DNA of 50,389 nucleotides, taken from positions 1 to 50,389 of IMG/VR virus record IMGVR_UViG_3300044878_000071; one strand, 5' to 3'. Shown here one piece after another: positions 16,276 through 24,829 of the stretch. This DNA comes from a virus. Taxonomy: Duplodnaviria > Caudoviricetes. The notes below the pieces were generated by a model. That model searched no databases, was not told the DNA's origin, and saw only the letters and a program-made list of their open reading frames with translations. Position 1 is the stretch's first letter. Each line of letters starts with the position of its first letter. Made by a program: the position numbers and the translations under genes.

Positions 16276-18059
16276 GCGCTACAGAATGGAAGTTTGTACC
16301 GGTTGAGCCGACGCGAGAAATGCTGGTCGCGGCACTGAAGACCAACGGGGCCTGCCCGGTTTATGCCGCCATGCTCGACGCCGCACCGGTGCCGCCATCG
16401 GTTGAAAGCCTGCTGGAAAACTGGACGCCGAGCGATCAGCAAGCATTCGCCAAGTTCCTCGGCCAGCGCTTCCCGGGCGAAATGGACAGCTACGCCATCC
16501 AGTCGCTGGGTTCGGCCTGGAAGGATGGCCAAGCCAATGCGTCGACCGAAGTGCCGCAATACACCGGCACCGGCAGCGATTCCCTCGACTGCATCCTGGG
16601 CGTTGGCGGCTTTGCAAGTTTCGGCCCTCTGGATGCGCAACCCGCCGCCCACCTGACCATCCCCGGCGCGCTGGAGTGGGATGGTGATAATGGTACTCAC
16701 GGTGTTGTTGGTACTCACGGTGCGGGCGGTGAGTCAGGAGCTCCGGCAGTTTGCCCGCGTGAGGCGGTGCGTGACGCAATCGCTGAAGCTCTCGGCGATG
16801 CCTACGACTGCACTCGCGTTTGGTCTGCGTGGGGTGTCGGCACCATGAGCGAGGACGACTTCAGCCCGGTTTGCGATGACGAAAGCCGGCTCCAAGAGCT
16901 GACCGAGGCGGCAATTCAGGCATATGACGGCGCAGTGGTAGATCGCCTGCGTGCCCAGCTGGCCAACCATTCCGGCGACGCCAACGAAAAGGCCGCGCCC
17001 GTGGCTGGGCGCCAAGACATTCAAAATTGGTCTATTGATCATTCTGCCGGCCGCCCCATCCTGACCTTGAAAGGATGCAGCGTGATTGAGGCGGAAGACG
17101 CTGACTATGTCCTCTCCCTTGTCCTTCGGGATCAAAACCCGCCCGCGCCGGTATCGACATACACCGCTGTCGACATGACAACCGCTGCGGCTGGCGGTTT
17201 CCGTGATGGGCAAAATGCGGCGACCGACTCCCTGAAGGCCTTTGCCAACGAAATGATCAGCGCGGCCTTCGAGGGCGGCAGTTTCGACGGTGGCGACATC
17301 CAAGACATCGCCGTCAAGCATGGCCTGTTGCAGGTCGAGCAGCGCACCGAGGAATGCGGCGAAGTCTGCGCCTGCCGTGAATACGGGTTCCCTGCTGAGT
17401 GCTACCGCAAGACCGATCTGCTCAAGCCTGCCGATGAGCCATCCGCCCCCGCCGAATGCGAAGCCTGCGGCGACTGGGGGCACATCGAAACCGAAGACAG
17501 CGCCCATGACTGCCCTGAGTGCGGGCCGAGCGTGATCGAGCGCGCTGTCGAGGCTGGGGTGATGAATGCGCCGAAGCCATACGTGGCCATGACCGAGGCA
17601 GAGGCTGACGAATTCCTGTCGTCGTTCGGCGGAGGCAGCGGCAACAAGGCGAAGCGCCGGATCGCGGAAATCGAAAAGGCGAAGGCCGAAGCCTCGGTGA
17701 GCGGCTGCAACTATTCCGTTGGTGACTGGGATTGCCGCGAAGGCGGTTATCTGTATGACGCTGGCAGCGGTGAAGGCTGGGACCCAGAGGATTCGACCTA
17801 TATCTGCCCGCAGTGCCGGACCGCCGATTACCTGGAGGCCGCCAAGGACGAAGCCGAGTCTTGCAGCAGCTATTCCAACAACGGCAGCAGCGGCACGGGC
17901 CTGACCATCTGGACTACGGCCGAGGCAGAGGCATTGGCAGCCAATCGCCCCGAAGCGCTGAAGGCTCTGGCCGCACTTGGCCCGGTCGCCGCGCTGGAAG
18001 CCGACGACAGCCCAGAAGGGTATTCCACAGTTCTCTGCAACGTGCAGGTGGCGCCATGA
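16272..18059 (+). CDS. Large mosaic acidic hypothetical protein with several CxxC motifs
   Basis: 595 aa; WKFVPVEPTREML start; several short modules. Confidence 0.7.
   Translation: MSATEWKFVPVEPTREMLVAALKTNGACPVYAAMLDAAPVPPSVESLLENWTPSDQQAFAKFLGQRFPGEMDSYAIQSLGSAWKDGQANASTEVPQYTGTGSDSLDCILGVGGFASFGPLDAQPAAHLTIPGALEWDGDNGTHGVVGTHGAGGESGAPAVCPREAVRDAIAEALGDAYDCTRVWSAWGVGTMSEDDFSPVCDDESRLQELTEAAIQAYDGAVVDRLRAQLANHSGDANEKAAPVAGRQDIQNWSIDHSAGRPILTLKGCSVIEAEDADYVLSLVLRDQNPPAPVSTYTAVDMTTAAAGGFRDGQNAATDSLKAFANEMISAAFEGGSFDGGDIQDIAVKHGLLQVEQRTEECGEVCACREYGFPAECYRKTDLLKPADEPSAPAECEACGDWGHIETEDSAHDCPECGPSVIERAVEAGVMNAPKPYVAMTEAEADEFLSSFGGGSGNKAKRRIAEIEKAKAEASVSGCNYSVGDWDCREGGYLYDAGSGEGWDPEDSTYICPQCRTADYLEAAKDEAESCSSYSNNGSSGTGLTIWTTAEAEALAANRPEALKALAALGPVAALEADDSPEGYSTVLCNVQVAP
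16684..16718 (-). repeat. 35-bp tripartite repeat, copy 3 (inverted, inside a CDS)
   Basis: Minus strand GTGAGT-N12-GTGAGT-N5-TATCAC. Confidence 0.55.
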
Positions 18060-18163
18060 TCATTCTCTCTATCTGGCTGGCAATCCAGCTCCCGCTTGGC
18101 CACCTGATCGGCAAGGCTCAGCGCCAAAAGCGCAAGTTTGACGAGGCGTTCAGGCATGGCTAG
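18056..18163 (+). CDS. Small membrane peptide
   Basis: MIILSIWLAIQLPLGHLIGK; ATGA overlap. Confidence 0.45.
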   Translation: MIILSIWLAIQLPLGHLIGKAQRQKRKFDEAFRHG

Positions 18164-18683
18164 CGCTCCGAAGTCAGCGCCAAAGCCAAAGCCGATGCCG
18201 GTCTACCTGCTGCTGCGCCGCCTTGTTGATCCGGCCACTGGCAAGGAGATCGCCGCGTTCGTGCCGGCCTCCGATGCCGACAAGTCGATCCTGGGCGAGA
18301 AGGGCTACCGGTGGAACGCCAAGGTGCGGGCCGACCTGAAACAGCCGCGCAATGAGCGGTTCAACAAGTTGGTCCACGGCCTGGGCAAGATCCTGGCGCA
18401 GAACATCGACCGATTCAGCGGCAAGCAATCCCACGCAGCCATCAAGGCGCTGCAAACCGAGTCGGGAATCTACTGCGAGGAAGACCTGCTAGAGGTGCCC
18501 GGCATCGGCTCGCTGATCATCAAGCGCCCGCAGAGCCTGTCCTACGACTCGATGGGCGAGGAAGTGTTCCAGGACTTCTGGGCGAAGGTCTGCGGCTACC
18601 TGGTGCTGAAGGACTGGCCGACGCTCACAGAGGAAAGGCTTACGGAAATGGCGGAATTTGAAGGGTTTAGGGAGGCGGTGTGA
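18156..18683 (+). CDS. Nin-region protein (NinB/DUF1367-like)
   Basis: QPRNERFNKLVH...PQSLSYDSMGEEVFQDFW. Confidence 0.65.
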   Translation: MASAPKSAPKPKPMPVYLLLRRLVDPATGKEIAAFVPASDADKSILGEKGYRWNAKVRADLKQPRNERFNKLVHGLGKILAQNIDRFSGKQSHAAIKALQTESGIYCEEDLLEVPGIGSLIIKRPQSLSYDSMGEEVFQDFWAKVCGYLVLKDWPTLTEERLTEMAEFEGFREAV

Positions 18684-19012
18684 GCGAGATTGATTGGTAT
18701 GTCTATTGGGTGATTCTGTGCGGGATCGTGCTGAATGCGTGGCTGGCCCTGAAGCTGGGGCGTGTAGCTGGCCACCTGATCTATGCCGCAATCGCGGCCT
18801 GTTCGTTCACTCGATTCGCCTGGGCTTGCGGTCGTGAGCATGGGTTTCGCCCGATGCCGTGCCCGCGCTGGCTGTATGCGCCCGCTGTCTGGTTCGACAT
18901 TTTCGTCGCCCTATCCGGCGGGACGAAGGGGTCGGTCACGCACATGGGCGGTGCTGGCGTGTGGAGAGGCATCGGAAACTGGACGGTATTCCCTCGCAAG
19001 GAGGCGGCATGA
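18680..19012 (+). CDS. Putative membrane protein
   Basis: Hydrophobic N-terminus; coupled on both sides. Confidence 0.55.
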   Translation: MSEIDWYVYWVILCGIVLNAWLALKLGRVAGHLIYAAIAACSFTRFAWACGREHGFRPMPCPRWLYAPAVWFDIFVALSGGTKGSVTHMGGAGVWRGIGNWTVFPRKEAA

Positions 19013-19215
19013 ACACTCTCAGATGCGAGTGTCATCGATGCATCGACGAGCACAAGATTGGCGTTACAGGCCCATTCGGATGGATGCCACTGTCCTCGAC
19101 GAAAATGATCCTTTGCCCGATTTGCGGCTGCAAGCGATGCCCTCGGGCAAGCGATCACGATCTCGCCTGCACCGACAGCAATGAGCCTGGCCAACCGGGG
19201 AGCGTGTACCAATGA
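19009..19215 (+). CDS. Cys-rich small protein
   Basis: CECHRC...CPICGCKRCPRA; AAGGAGG RBS. Confidence 0.65.
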   Translation: MNTLRCECHRCIDEHKIGVTGPFGWMPLSSTKMILCPICGCKRCPRASDHDLACTDSNEPGQPGSVYQ

Positions 19216-19511
19216 GCAAACAGGACAAGATCACCAAGGCGGCCCGGGGCCGGGATTGCCAGGTTCGTTTGCCGGGCTGCCCGAACAACACCGAAACGAC
19301 CGTGCTCGCCCATTACCGGCTGGCGGGTACGTGCGGGATGGGTATCAAGCCCAACAACCTGCAGGCGGCGTTTTGCTGCGCCTGGTGTCACGACCGTATC
19401 GACGGCCGCGCCAAGTACGACATGCCCCGCGACGAGATCCGGCTGTACCACGCAGAGGGTGTTTTCCGCACTGTCGACATTCTGGTCGCTGAAGGCAAAG
19501 TGGCTGCATGA
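19212..19511 (+). CDS. DUF1364/YbcO-like putative nuclease
   Basis: AARGRDCQVRLPGC..ETTVLAHYRLAG.CGMGIKP..CHDRID. Confidence 0.85.
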   Translation: MSKQDKITKAARGRDCQVRLPGCPNNTETTVLAHYRLAGTCGMGIKPNNLQAAFCCAWCHDRIDGRAKYDMPRDEIRLYHAEGVFRTVDILVAEGKVAA

Positions 19512-19666
19512 TCCGCCGCCCATCCATGTTCCAGCAGCCAGCGCCATCGCCCTGGTACGTCAACAAAACCAAATGCACCGAGTGCGGCAAGTCTCGCGCC
19601 ACTGGCAGTCATGCGAAGTGCAGCCGGGCGCGGCAGATGCGGTTTTCGGGGGAGAACAAGGCATGA
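19508..19666 (+). CDS. Small Zn-ribbon protein
   Basis: CTECGKSR...H.KCS; coupled on both sides. Confidence 0.55.
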   Translation: MIRRPSMFQQPAPSPWYVNKTKCTECGKSRATGSHAKCSRARQMRFSGENKA

Positions 19667-19911
19667 GCCAGTCGAGAAAAGGCAGTGCCGTCGAAGCGCT
19701 GACCAATGTGGCAGTAGGTCTGATCGTCAGCATGATCGCCAATGCCTTGGTATTCCCGCTGTACGGGTTCCATCCGTCGCTGCTCGATAACGTAGGGATA
19801 ACCCTGATCTACACCGTGATTTCCCTGTGCCGGTCCTACCTGCTGCGCCGGGCGTTCAACATGCTTGCCAGGGGTGATCGGCGGTCGGCCGAGGTAGTCG
19901 AAAATAAGTGA
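19663..19911 (+). CDS. Two-TM phage membrane protein
   Basis: QSRKGSAVEALTNVAVG...SLCRSYLLRRAFN. Confidence 0.75.
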   Translation: MSQSRKGSAVEALTNVAVGLIVSMIANALVFPLYGFHPSLLDNVGITLIYTVISLCRSYLLRRAFNMLARGDRRSAEVVENK

Positions 19912-20000
19912 TGTCATTTTGATTATTGCGGTCCCTCTGAGGGGACCGAATCGGTTATCATGACGCGCGTACGCGATATAAATTTCAGGGAGTGGATTGC

Positions 20001-20441
20001 ATGAGCGAGTTGAAACCATCGAATCCAAAGGATCTGGTCGGAAGCGGAAAGCTGCCCCTGCACCTTTGGCCTGTAACGGCTACCGCCCTGGGGAGTCTCG
20101 GCTTGCTCGACGGCATGCTGAAGTACGGGCGATCCAACTTCCGGGCGGTGGGCATTCGCGCATCGATCTACTACGACGCTGCAAGCCGCCACCTGAATGC
20201 ATGGTTCGAGGGGGAGAGCGTAGATCCGGACAGCGGCCTGCCTCACTTGGCGCATGCTCTGGCCTGCCTGGCGATCATCGTTGACGCCGAGGCGGCCGGG
20301 AAACTGAATGATGACCGCATGCACCCTGGCGGCTATCGCGACCTGATCAACAGCCTCACGCCTCACGTCGATCGCCTGAAGTCCATGCACGCGGGCAAGA
20401 ATCCTGAGCACTACACCATCGCAAAGGCGGCTGACCAATGA
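20001..20441 (+). CDS. dATP/dGTP diphosphohydrolase-like protein (DUF5664)
   Basis: GSGKLPLHL..G.LKYGRSNFR...RHLNAWFEGESVDPDSGLPHLAHALAC. Confidence 0.85.
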   Translation: MSELKPSNPKDLVGSGKLPLHLWPVTATALGSLGLLDGMLKYGRSNFRAVGIRASIYYDAASRHLNAWFEGESVDPDSGLPHLAHALACLAIIVDAEAAGKLNDDRMHPGGYRDLINSLTPHVDRLKSMHAGKNPEHYTIAKAADQ

Positions 20442-21571
20442 AGGCGAAGGCGACCGACGATCAATTGCGCGAGGCGCTGGCCACCATGACCGTGGCGCAG
20501 ACCGCTGAGCACTTCGGCATGAACGAGCGCACCGTCTGGTCGCGCAAGGCCAAGCTGGCCCGCCAAGGCTGGAGCCCCGAGCACGATATGACCAAGACTG
20601 TCCCGGACGGGTTTCACCTGAAGGGCACTTCGACGCTGTACGACGAAGGCGGAAAGGCCAAACTGCAATGGGTCAAGACCTCGATCGACCATGAGCGCCA
20701 GGCCGAAATGATGCGCGAGGCGGTGTCGGCGCTGTCCGCCGAGATCGTTCCTGAGATCGCGGTAAAGGCCCCGGCCCACACCCTGGATCAGCTGCTGAAT
20801 TGCTACGTCATCACCGACTACCACCTGGGCATGAACAGCTGGGGCGAAGAGACCGGCGGCGACTGGGACATGAAGATCGCCGAGGACTTGCTTGTGAACT
20901 GGTTCGGCGCGGCGATCGCCCAGGCCCCCGACTCCCGGTCCGCCGTATTCTCCCAGCTCGGCGACTTCCTGCACTGGGACGGCATCAGCGCGGTAACCCC
21001 GACATCCGGCCACATCGTTGACGCTGATACCCGGTTCCAGAAGGTTGTTCGGGTTGCCATTGGCGTGATCCGCCGTATCACCTCGATGCTGCTGGCCAAG
21101 CATGAGCGCGTCGTTCTGCTGATGGCCGAGGGCAATCACGACCTGGCGTCGAGCATGTGGCTGCGCGAGCTGTTCGCCGCCCTGTACGAGAACGAGCCGC
21201 GAATCGAGGTCATCACCCGGCCAGATCCGTACTACTGCCTCGAGCACGGCCTGACTTCCCTGTTCTTCCATCACGGTCACAAGAAGCGCATCGACTCCCT
21301 CGAGACCGTGTTCATTGCCAAATTCCGCGAGGTTTTCGGCCGCACCAGGTTCAGCTACGCGCACACCGGCCACCTGCACCACAACGTATTGCGCGAAACC
21401 AACACCATGCAGCTGGAGCAGCACCGGACACTGGCGGCGCCAGATAGTCACGCGAGCCGCGGCGGCTGGATGTCCGGGCGTGACGCCAAGGTGATCACCT
21501 ATCACAGCCAGTACGGCGAGGTAGGCCGGACCACGATCAGTTACGAAATGCTCGCAGGGGATGCGGTATGA
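20438..21571 (+). CDS. Calcineurin-like metallophosphoesterase with N-terminal HTH
   Basis: TDYHLG, LGDFLH, EGNHD, HHGH, GHLHH. Confidence 0.85.
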   Translation: MKAKATDDQLREALATMTVAQTAEHFGMNERTVWSRKAKLARQGWSPEHDMTKTVPDGFHLKGTSTLYDEGGKAKLQWVKTSIDHERQAEMMREAVSALSAEIVPEIAVKAPAHTLDQLLNCYVITDYHLGMNSWGEETGGDWDMKIAEDLLVNWFGAAIAQAPDSRSAVFSQLGDFLHWDGISAVTPTSGHIVDADTRFQKVVRVAIGVIRRITSMLLAKHERVVLLMAEGNHDLASSMWLRELFAALYENEPRIEVITRPDPYYCLEHGLTSLFFHHGHKKRIDSLETVFIAKFREVFGRTRFSYAHTGHLHHNVLRETNTMQLEQHRTLAAPDSHASRGGWMSGRDAKVITYHSQYGEVGRTTISYEMLAGDAV

Positions 21572-21957
21572 CCCAGGCGCCCGAGCTGATCCCGGCTCCG
21601 GAAGGGTTCACGATCGATCTGCCGTGGCCACCGAAAGAGCTGAGCCCAAACGCCCGCGTCCACTGGCGGAAGCGCCACAAGCACGCCAAGGCGTATCGGC
21701 TGGCATGCGGGCTCATCACCAAGGCGGCAGGCTTCAAGGCGCCGGAAGGCAAGCTCTATTTCTGGGTAACGTTCTTCCCGCCCAATCGCAGAAAACTGGA
21801 CGACGACAACCTCATCGGCCGATTCAAGGCGGGTCGCGATGGCGTGGCTGACGGCCTGGGAATCGACGACGCTCGATTCATGACAACAGTAAACATTGGC
21901 GATCCGGTCCCGGGGGGATCGGTTCGGGTTCACATACGCGGTCAAATTCAGGGGTGA
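21568..21957 (+). CDS. RusA-like Holliday junction resolvase
   Basis: LPWPP..LSPN...PPNRRKLDDDNL..K..DG.ADGLGIDD. Confidence 0.8.
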   Translation: MTQAPELIPAPEGFTIDLPWPPKELSPNARVHWRKRHKHAKAYRLACGLITKAAGFKAPEGKLYFWVTFFPPNRRKLDDDNLIGRFKAGRDGVADGLGIDDARFMTTVNIGDPVPGGSVRVHIRGQIQG

Positions 21958-21960
21958 ATT

Positions 21961-22485
21961 ATGAAAAACATGGATCTGGATGCAATTGCAGGGCTGTCGC
22001 ACTCGACTTTGCGAAATTACATTCTGCCGGGGCTTGATAGCTCTCTGCTGGGGGCAACAACGCGGATATTCACCAATACCCGCGAAAGCAGCGGGATGAT
22101 CACGCCACACAGCCACCGCTTCGACTTCCAGTGCTTGGTGATGCGCGGATCGGTGGTGAACACCATTTACGATGTCGATGAATCCGGTGATGCCTACATG
22201 ATGTTGTCACTGCGATACATGGGCGAGCCTGGCGCATACGAAAAGCTGCAGGGGGTCGACGGCCTGTTCAGCGCGAGGAAGGCCACCTACGAGGCGGGGG
22301 AGTGGTACGGGATGCGGCATGACGAGATTCATTCGATCAGCTTCTCGCGTGATGCCGTGGTGCTGTTCATTGAAGGCGTCCGGGTTACTGACACCTCCGT
22401 GTACCTTGAGCCGTTTGTGCGCGGCGAGGTGATCCCGACAATGAACACTGAGCCATGGATGTTCGCCAAGGAGGCAGGTCAATGA
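21961..22485 (+). CDS. Cupin-fold hypothetical protein
   Basis: HSHRFDF...HDEIHSI metal-binding pattern. Confidence 0.6.
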   Translation: MKNMDLDAIAGLSHSTLRNYILPGLDSSLLGATTRIFTNTRESSGMITPHSHRFDFQCLVMRGSVVNTIYDVDESGDAYMMLSLRYMGEPGAYEKLQGVDGLFSARKATYEAGEWYGMRHDEIHSISFSRDAVVLFIEGVRVTDTSVYLEPFVRGEVIPTMNTEPWMFAKEAGQ

Positions 22486-23027
22486 TCTATCGCAGCGTAA
22501 TCGCAGCAGTCGTCCGGGCACTGGCAGCGGAAACCATGAGCGGCACCGGTGGCCAGGACTTCGAGCCGAAGGTGCAGGCGGCCAAGCAGAAGGGGGCGAT
22601 TGTCGGGAAGGATGCGGCGCTGCTCGTTGACTGCATGCTGTTCAGCCGGCTGCACAAGAACCTGAGTGCGCCGCACTGGCTCGCACTGGTGGCCAAGTTC
22701 TCGACGCATACCGACCGTAAGCACGACGCCATCAAGGAGTTGACGAGAGCGGTCAGATCGCCAGCGCCTGAGCAGTTCCGCAAGTGCGCCGTAGTGACCT
22801 GGGCAATCCCAAAGCTGCCAGGCGCAGAAGGGAAGCGCAGCGTGAACACCCTGCAGGCCAAGTGGTACGAAATGGACAACTGGAGCGATGACCCGGCGCC
22901 GATCAAGACCCAGGAGCGCTGGCGGCGTGATATCCGCAAGGCGTTAGAGCGGCAGGTAGATGAGGCTTTATCGGAGGCTCAGGTGATTCTCGACAATGAA
23001 GGCCTTTTGCTTGCAATGGTCTCTTGA
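22482..23027 (+). CDS. Late-gene regulator (Q/AlpA-like antiterminator)
   Basis: 181 aa at the Q position before the late promoter, terminator and holin; C-terminal TQERWRRDIRKAL helix. Confidence 0.65.
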   Translation: MIYRSVIAAVVRALAAETMSGTGGQDFEPKVQAAKQKGAIVGKDAALLVDCMLFSRLHKNLSAPHWLALVAKFSTHTDRKHDAIKELTRAVRSPAPEQFRKCAVVTWAIPKLPGAEGKRSVNTLQAKWYEMDNWSDDPAPIKTQERWRRDIRKALERQVDEALSEAQVILDNEGLLLAMVS

Positions 23028-23053
23028 CAGGGACTGAGCCGGTGAGCCATTCT
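23024..23053 (+). promoter_or_regulatory. Late promoter (pR'-like)
   Basis: TTGACA at 23024, CATTCT at 23048; -35 lies inside an 18-bp motif. Confidence 0.55.
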
Positions 23054-23059
23054 ATGTCC

Positions 23060-23405
23060 ATCCTGCGGTAATTGCGGATCAGGTAGATGCAATAGGGTCT
23101 CTTGCGAGGGACTGAAAAGATCAACCAACGCCACCGACGCGGATAAAACCGCCAGCCCGCACACGCGGAATCGTCTACATCGGAATGCCAGCTCGATCGA
23201 CAGGAAGCGCTCACCCCTCGCGGAATGTTGATTGAGCTGGCACCCCAATGCAGATGAGACAAGCCCGGAAGAACCGTAGCGGAAGCCGGCCAACTTCGCA
23301 GGGATAGCAGTCAGCGTGGGGACTGAAGGGAAGCGCCACGACAGCGGCCTGAAAGGGTTGCCGTCTGCATCAATCACAGAGCCCGGCCGTTGCGTCGGGC
23401 TTTCT
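23060..23405 (+). ncRNA. Structured GGA-rich late-leader RNA
   Basis: 10 GGA in 23141-23331, long G-U-containing stems, ends at an intrinsic terminator. Confidence 0.6.
23378..23405 (+). terminator. Intrinsic terminator (tR'-like)
   Basis: AGCCCGGC...GTCGGGCT followed by T-rich tail. Confidence 0.7.
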
Positions 23406-23491
23406 CGTTTTCGGCCTTTGTGCATCCCTTAATCGCTGCGGCGGGGCACTGCATGAGAGCCGGATCTAATTCAGCCCCGAGGGGCCAGAGA

Positions 23492-23821
23492 ATGCGCCCC
23501 ATGAACGAAAGCCCTGACAACCTGTCGCGCCTGATCGCGTGGATGAGCGTCAACTCACCGATGCTCTACGCCGCCGCTCTGTCGTGCTGGATCGCCTTCT
23601 TGCGCGTTATGTACAACCGCGGCGGGTGGCGCCAGTCGATCCTTGAGGCTGCATTGTGCGGCGCGATCACGGCCGGGGCATTCCCGCTGCTGGAATACCT
23701 GGGCCTGCCGCTGAACCTTGCGGCTGCGCTGGGGGCAATCATCGGCACGCTGGGCGTGAAGAAAATCGTTTCCATGGCCGAGCAATACGCCGACCTCAAA
23801 TTCCCGGGAAGAGGGCAATGA
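23492..23821 (+). CDS. Holin, lambda S family, with dual-start motif
   Basis: Three TM segments; Met-Arg-Pro-Met start (23492/23501); IAFLRVMY..LEAALCG..IGTLGVKK. Confidence 0.85.
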   Translation: MRPMNESPDNLSRLIAWMSVNSPMLYAAALSCWIAFLRVMYNRGGWRQSILEAALCGAITAGAFPLLEYLGLPLNLAAALGAIIGTLGVKKIVSMAEQYADLKFPGRGQ

Positions 23822-23822
23822 C

Positions 23823-24017
23823 ATGCAACTGATCGACAACTGGAAAGACGCCTGGAAGCTGAGCAGCGTTCAAGCAGGAGCGGTCATCACTGCGCTGGGC
23901 GTGGCGGAGCAGGTATTGCCAGCACTGCAAGCGGCACTGCCGACTGGTATCTACGCGATCCTGGGCGCTCTGGTCATGATTGCTCGCGTCGTTCTTCAGC
24001 CGAAGCTGAGCAAGTGA
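23823..24017 (+). CDS. Second small two-TM holin-like protein
   Basis: MQLIDNWKDAWKLSSVQ...IARVVLQPKL. Confidence 0.7.
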   Translation: MQLIDNWKDAWKLSSVQAGAVITALGVAEQVLPALQAALPTGIYAILGALVMIARVVLQPKLSK

Positions 24018-24202
24018 GTTCGCCGCCGTTATCGCTCGGCGTACTCGTCAAGTGGGTGACGGCATGGGCTCGCCTGTGTAAGCGCCCGCCACAAGCGGCT
24101 CTCGGAATGCTGGACAAGTGGGCAGTCATCTGGCCATCCAAGCGCGCTGCGTTCAAGGCGGTCGAGCTGATTGCTCATGACCGGATCCTGAGAGGTAAGT
24201 GA
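24014..24202 (+). CDS. Cationic Trp-rich small protein
   Basis: GTGA overlap with previous gene; 11 K/R versus 3 D/E. Confidence 0.4.
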   Translation: MSSPPLSLGVLVKWVTAWARLCKRPPQAALGMLDKWAVIWPSKRAAFKAVELIAHDRILRGK

Positions 24203-24203
24203 C

Positions 24204-24326
24204 ATGCCGTCCTACACCCTGACCCACTTTTGGCTTGGGTTCCTGGTAGCGATGTTCTGCGTGGTCCTGTATGGGATTCACCGGTTACAGCGCAGGCACA
24301 GGAAGGCGATGGGCCTGGGTCGGTAA
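24204..24326 (+). CDS. Single-TM peptide with basic tail (40 aa)
   Basis: GAGG RBS; FWLGFLVAMFCVVLYGI then HRLQRRHRK. Confidence 0.5.
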   Translation: MPSYTLTHFWLGFLVAMFCVVLYGIHRLQRRHRKAMGLGR

Positions 24327-24381
24327 TGGCGCGCTACGAATTCACGACGCGCGAAATGTAGCGCGGATTTCAGGAGGCAGA

Positions 24382-24645
24382 TTGAGAGTTCTCATTCTTG
24401 GGTGTGCCGCTCTCGGCCTGGCTGCTGCGCTAATGGCTGGCGGGCATCAGGTCGTCGACCATGAGCAGCTGACCGCTGTAGAGCCGCACTATGAATCCCT
24501 GATGATTGGGTCGGTCTCCGTGATCGACGCCGAAGACGCCCGGGTCATTTTCGAGCGGCGCAAAAAGTATCCCCCGCGGCAAGTAGCCGAAACCGAAGAT
24601 CAACCCCGTGACGCATGGGATCGCGACCATAAGGCGGTCGTATGA
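24382..24645 (+). CDS. Hypothetical protein
   Basis: AGGAGG RBS, TTG start. Confidence 0.5.
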   Translation: MRVLILGCAALGLAAALMAGGHQVVDHEQLTAVEPHYESLMIGSVSVIDAEDARVIFERRKKYPPRQVAETEDQPRDAWDRDHKAVV

Positions 24646-24709
24646 ACCATGGATGCGGGGGCATTTACTGAGGCGGTCCGAGTGGCCGCCGTATCAAAGG
24701 GGTAAAAGC

Positions 24710-24829
24710 ATGGACTTCAAGCTTGAGCGTATTTTCACTGTGCTCTGCATCGTCGCGGCCGTAGTTGGCTGGGCAGTGATTGAGAGCGCTATCTGGATCG
24801 GCTCGCGCATCATCGGGCTACTGGTATGA
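24710..24829 (+). CDS. Small membrane peptide
   Basis: AAGGGG RBS; hydrophobic 39 aa. Confidence 0.5.
   Translation: MDFKLERIFTVLCIVAAVVGWAVIESAIWIGSRIIGLLV

Noticed and set aside
20001-20441. Z-genome (2-aminoadenine) pathway
   Set aside because: No PurZ or DNA polymerase in the window
23100-23400. tRNA genes at the usual lambdoid post-Q position
   Set aside because: No cloverleaf, TTCRA T-loop or CCA end seen
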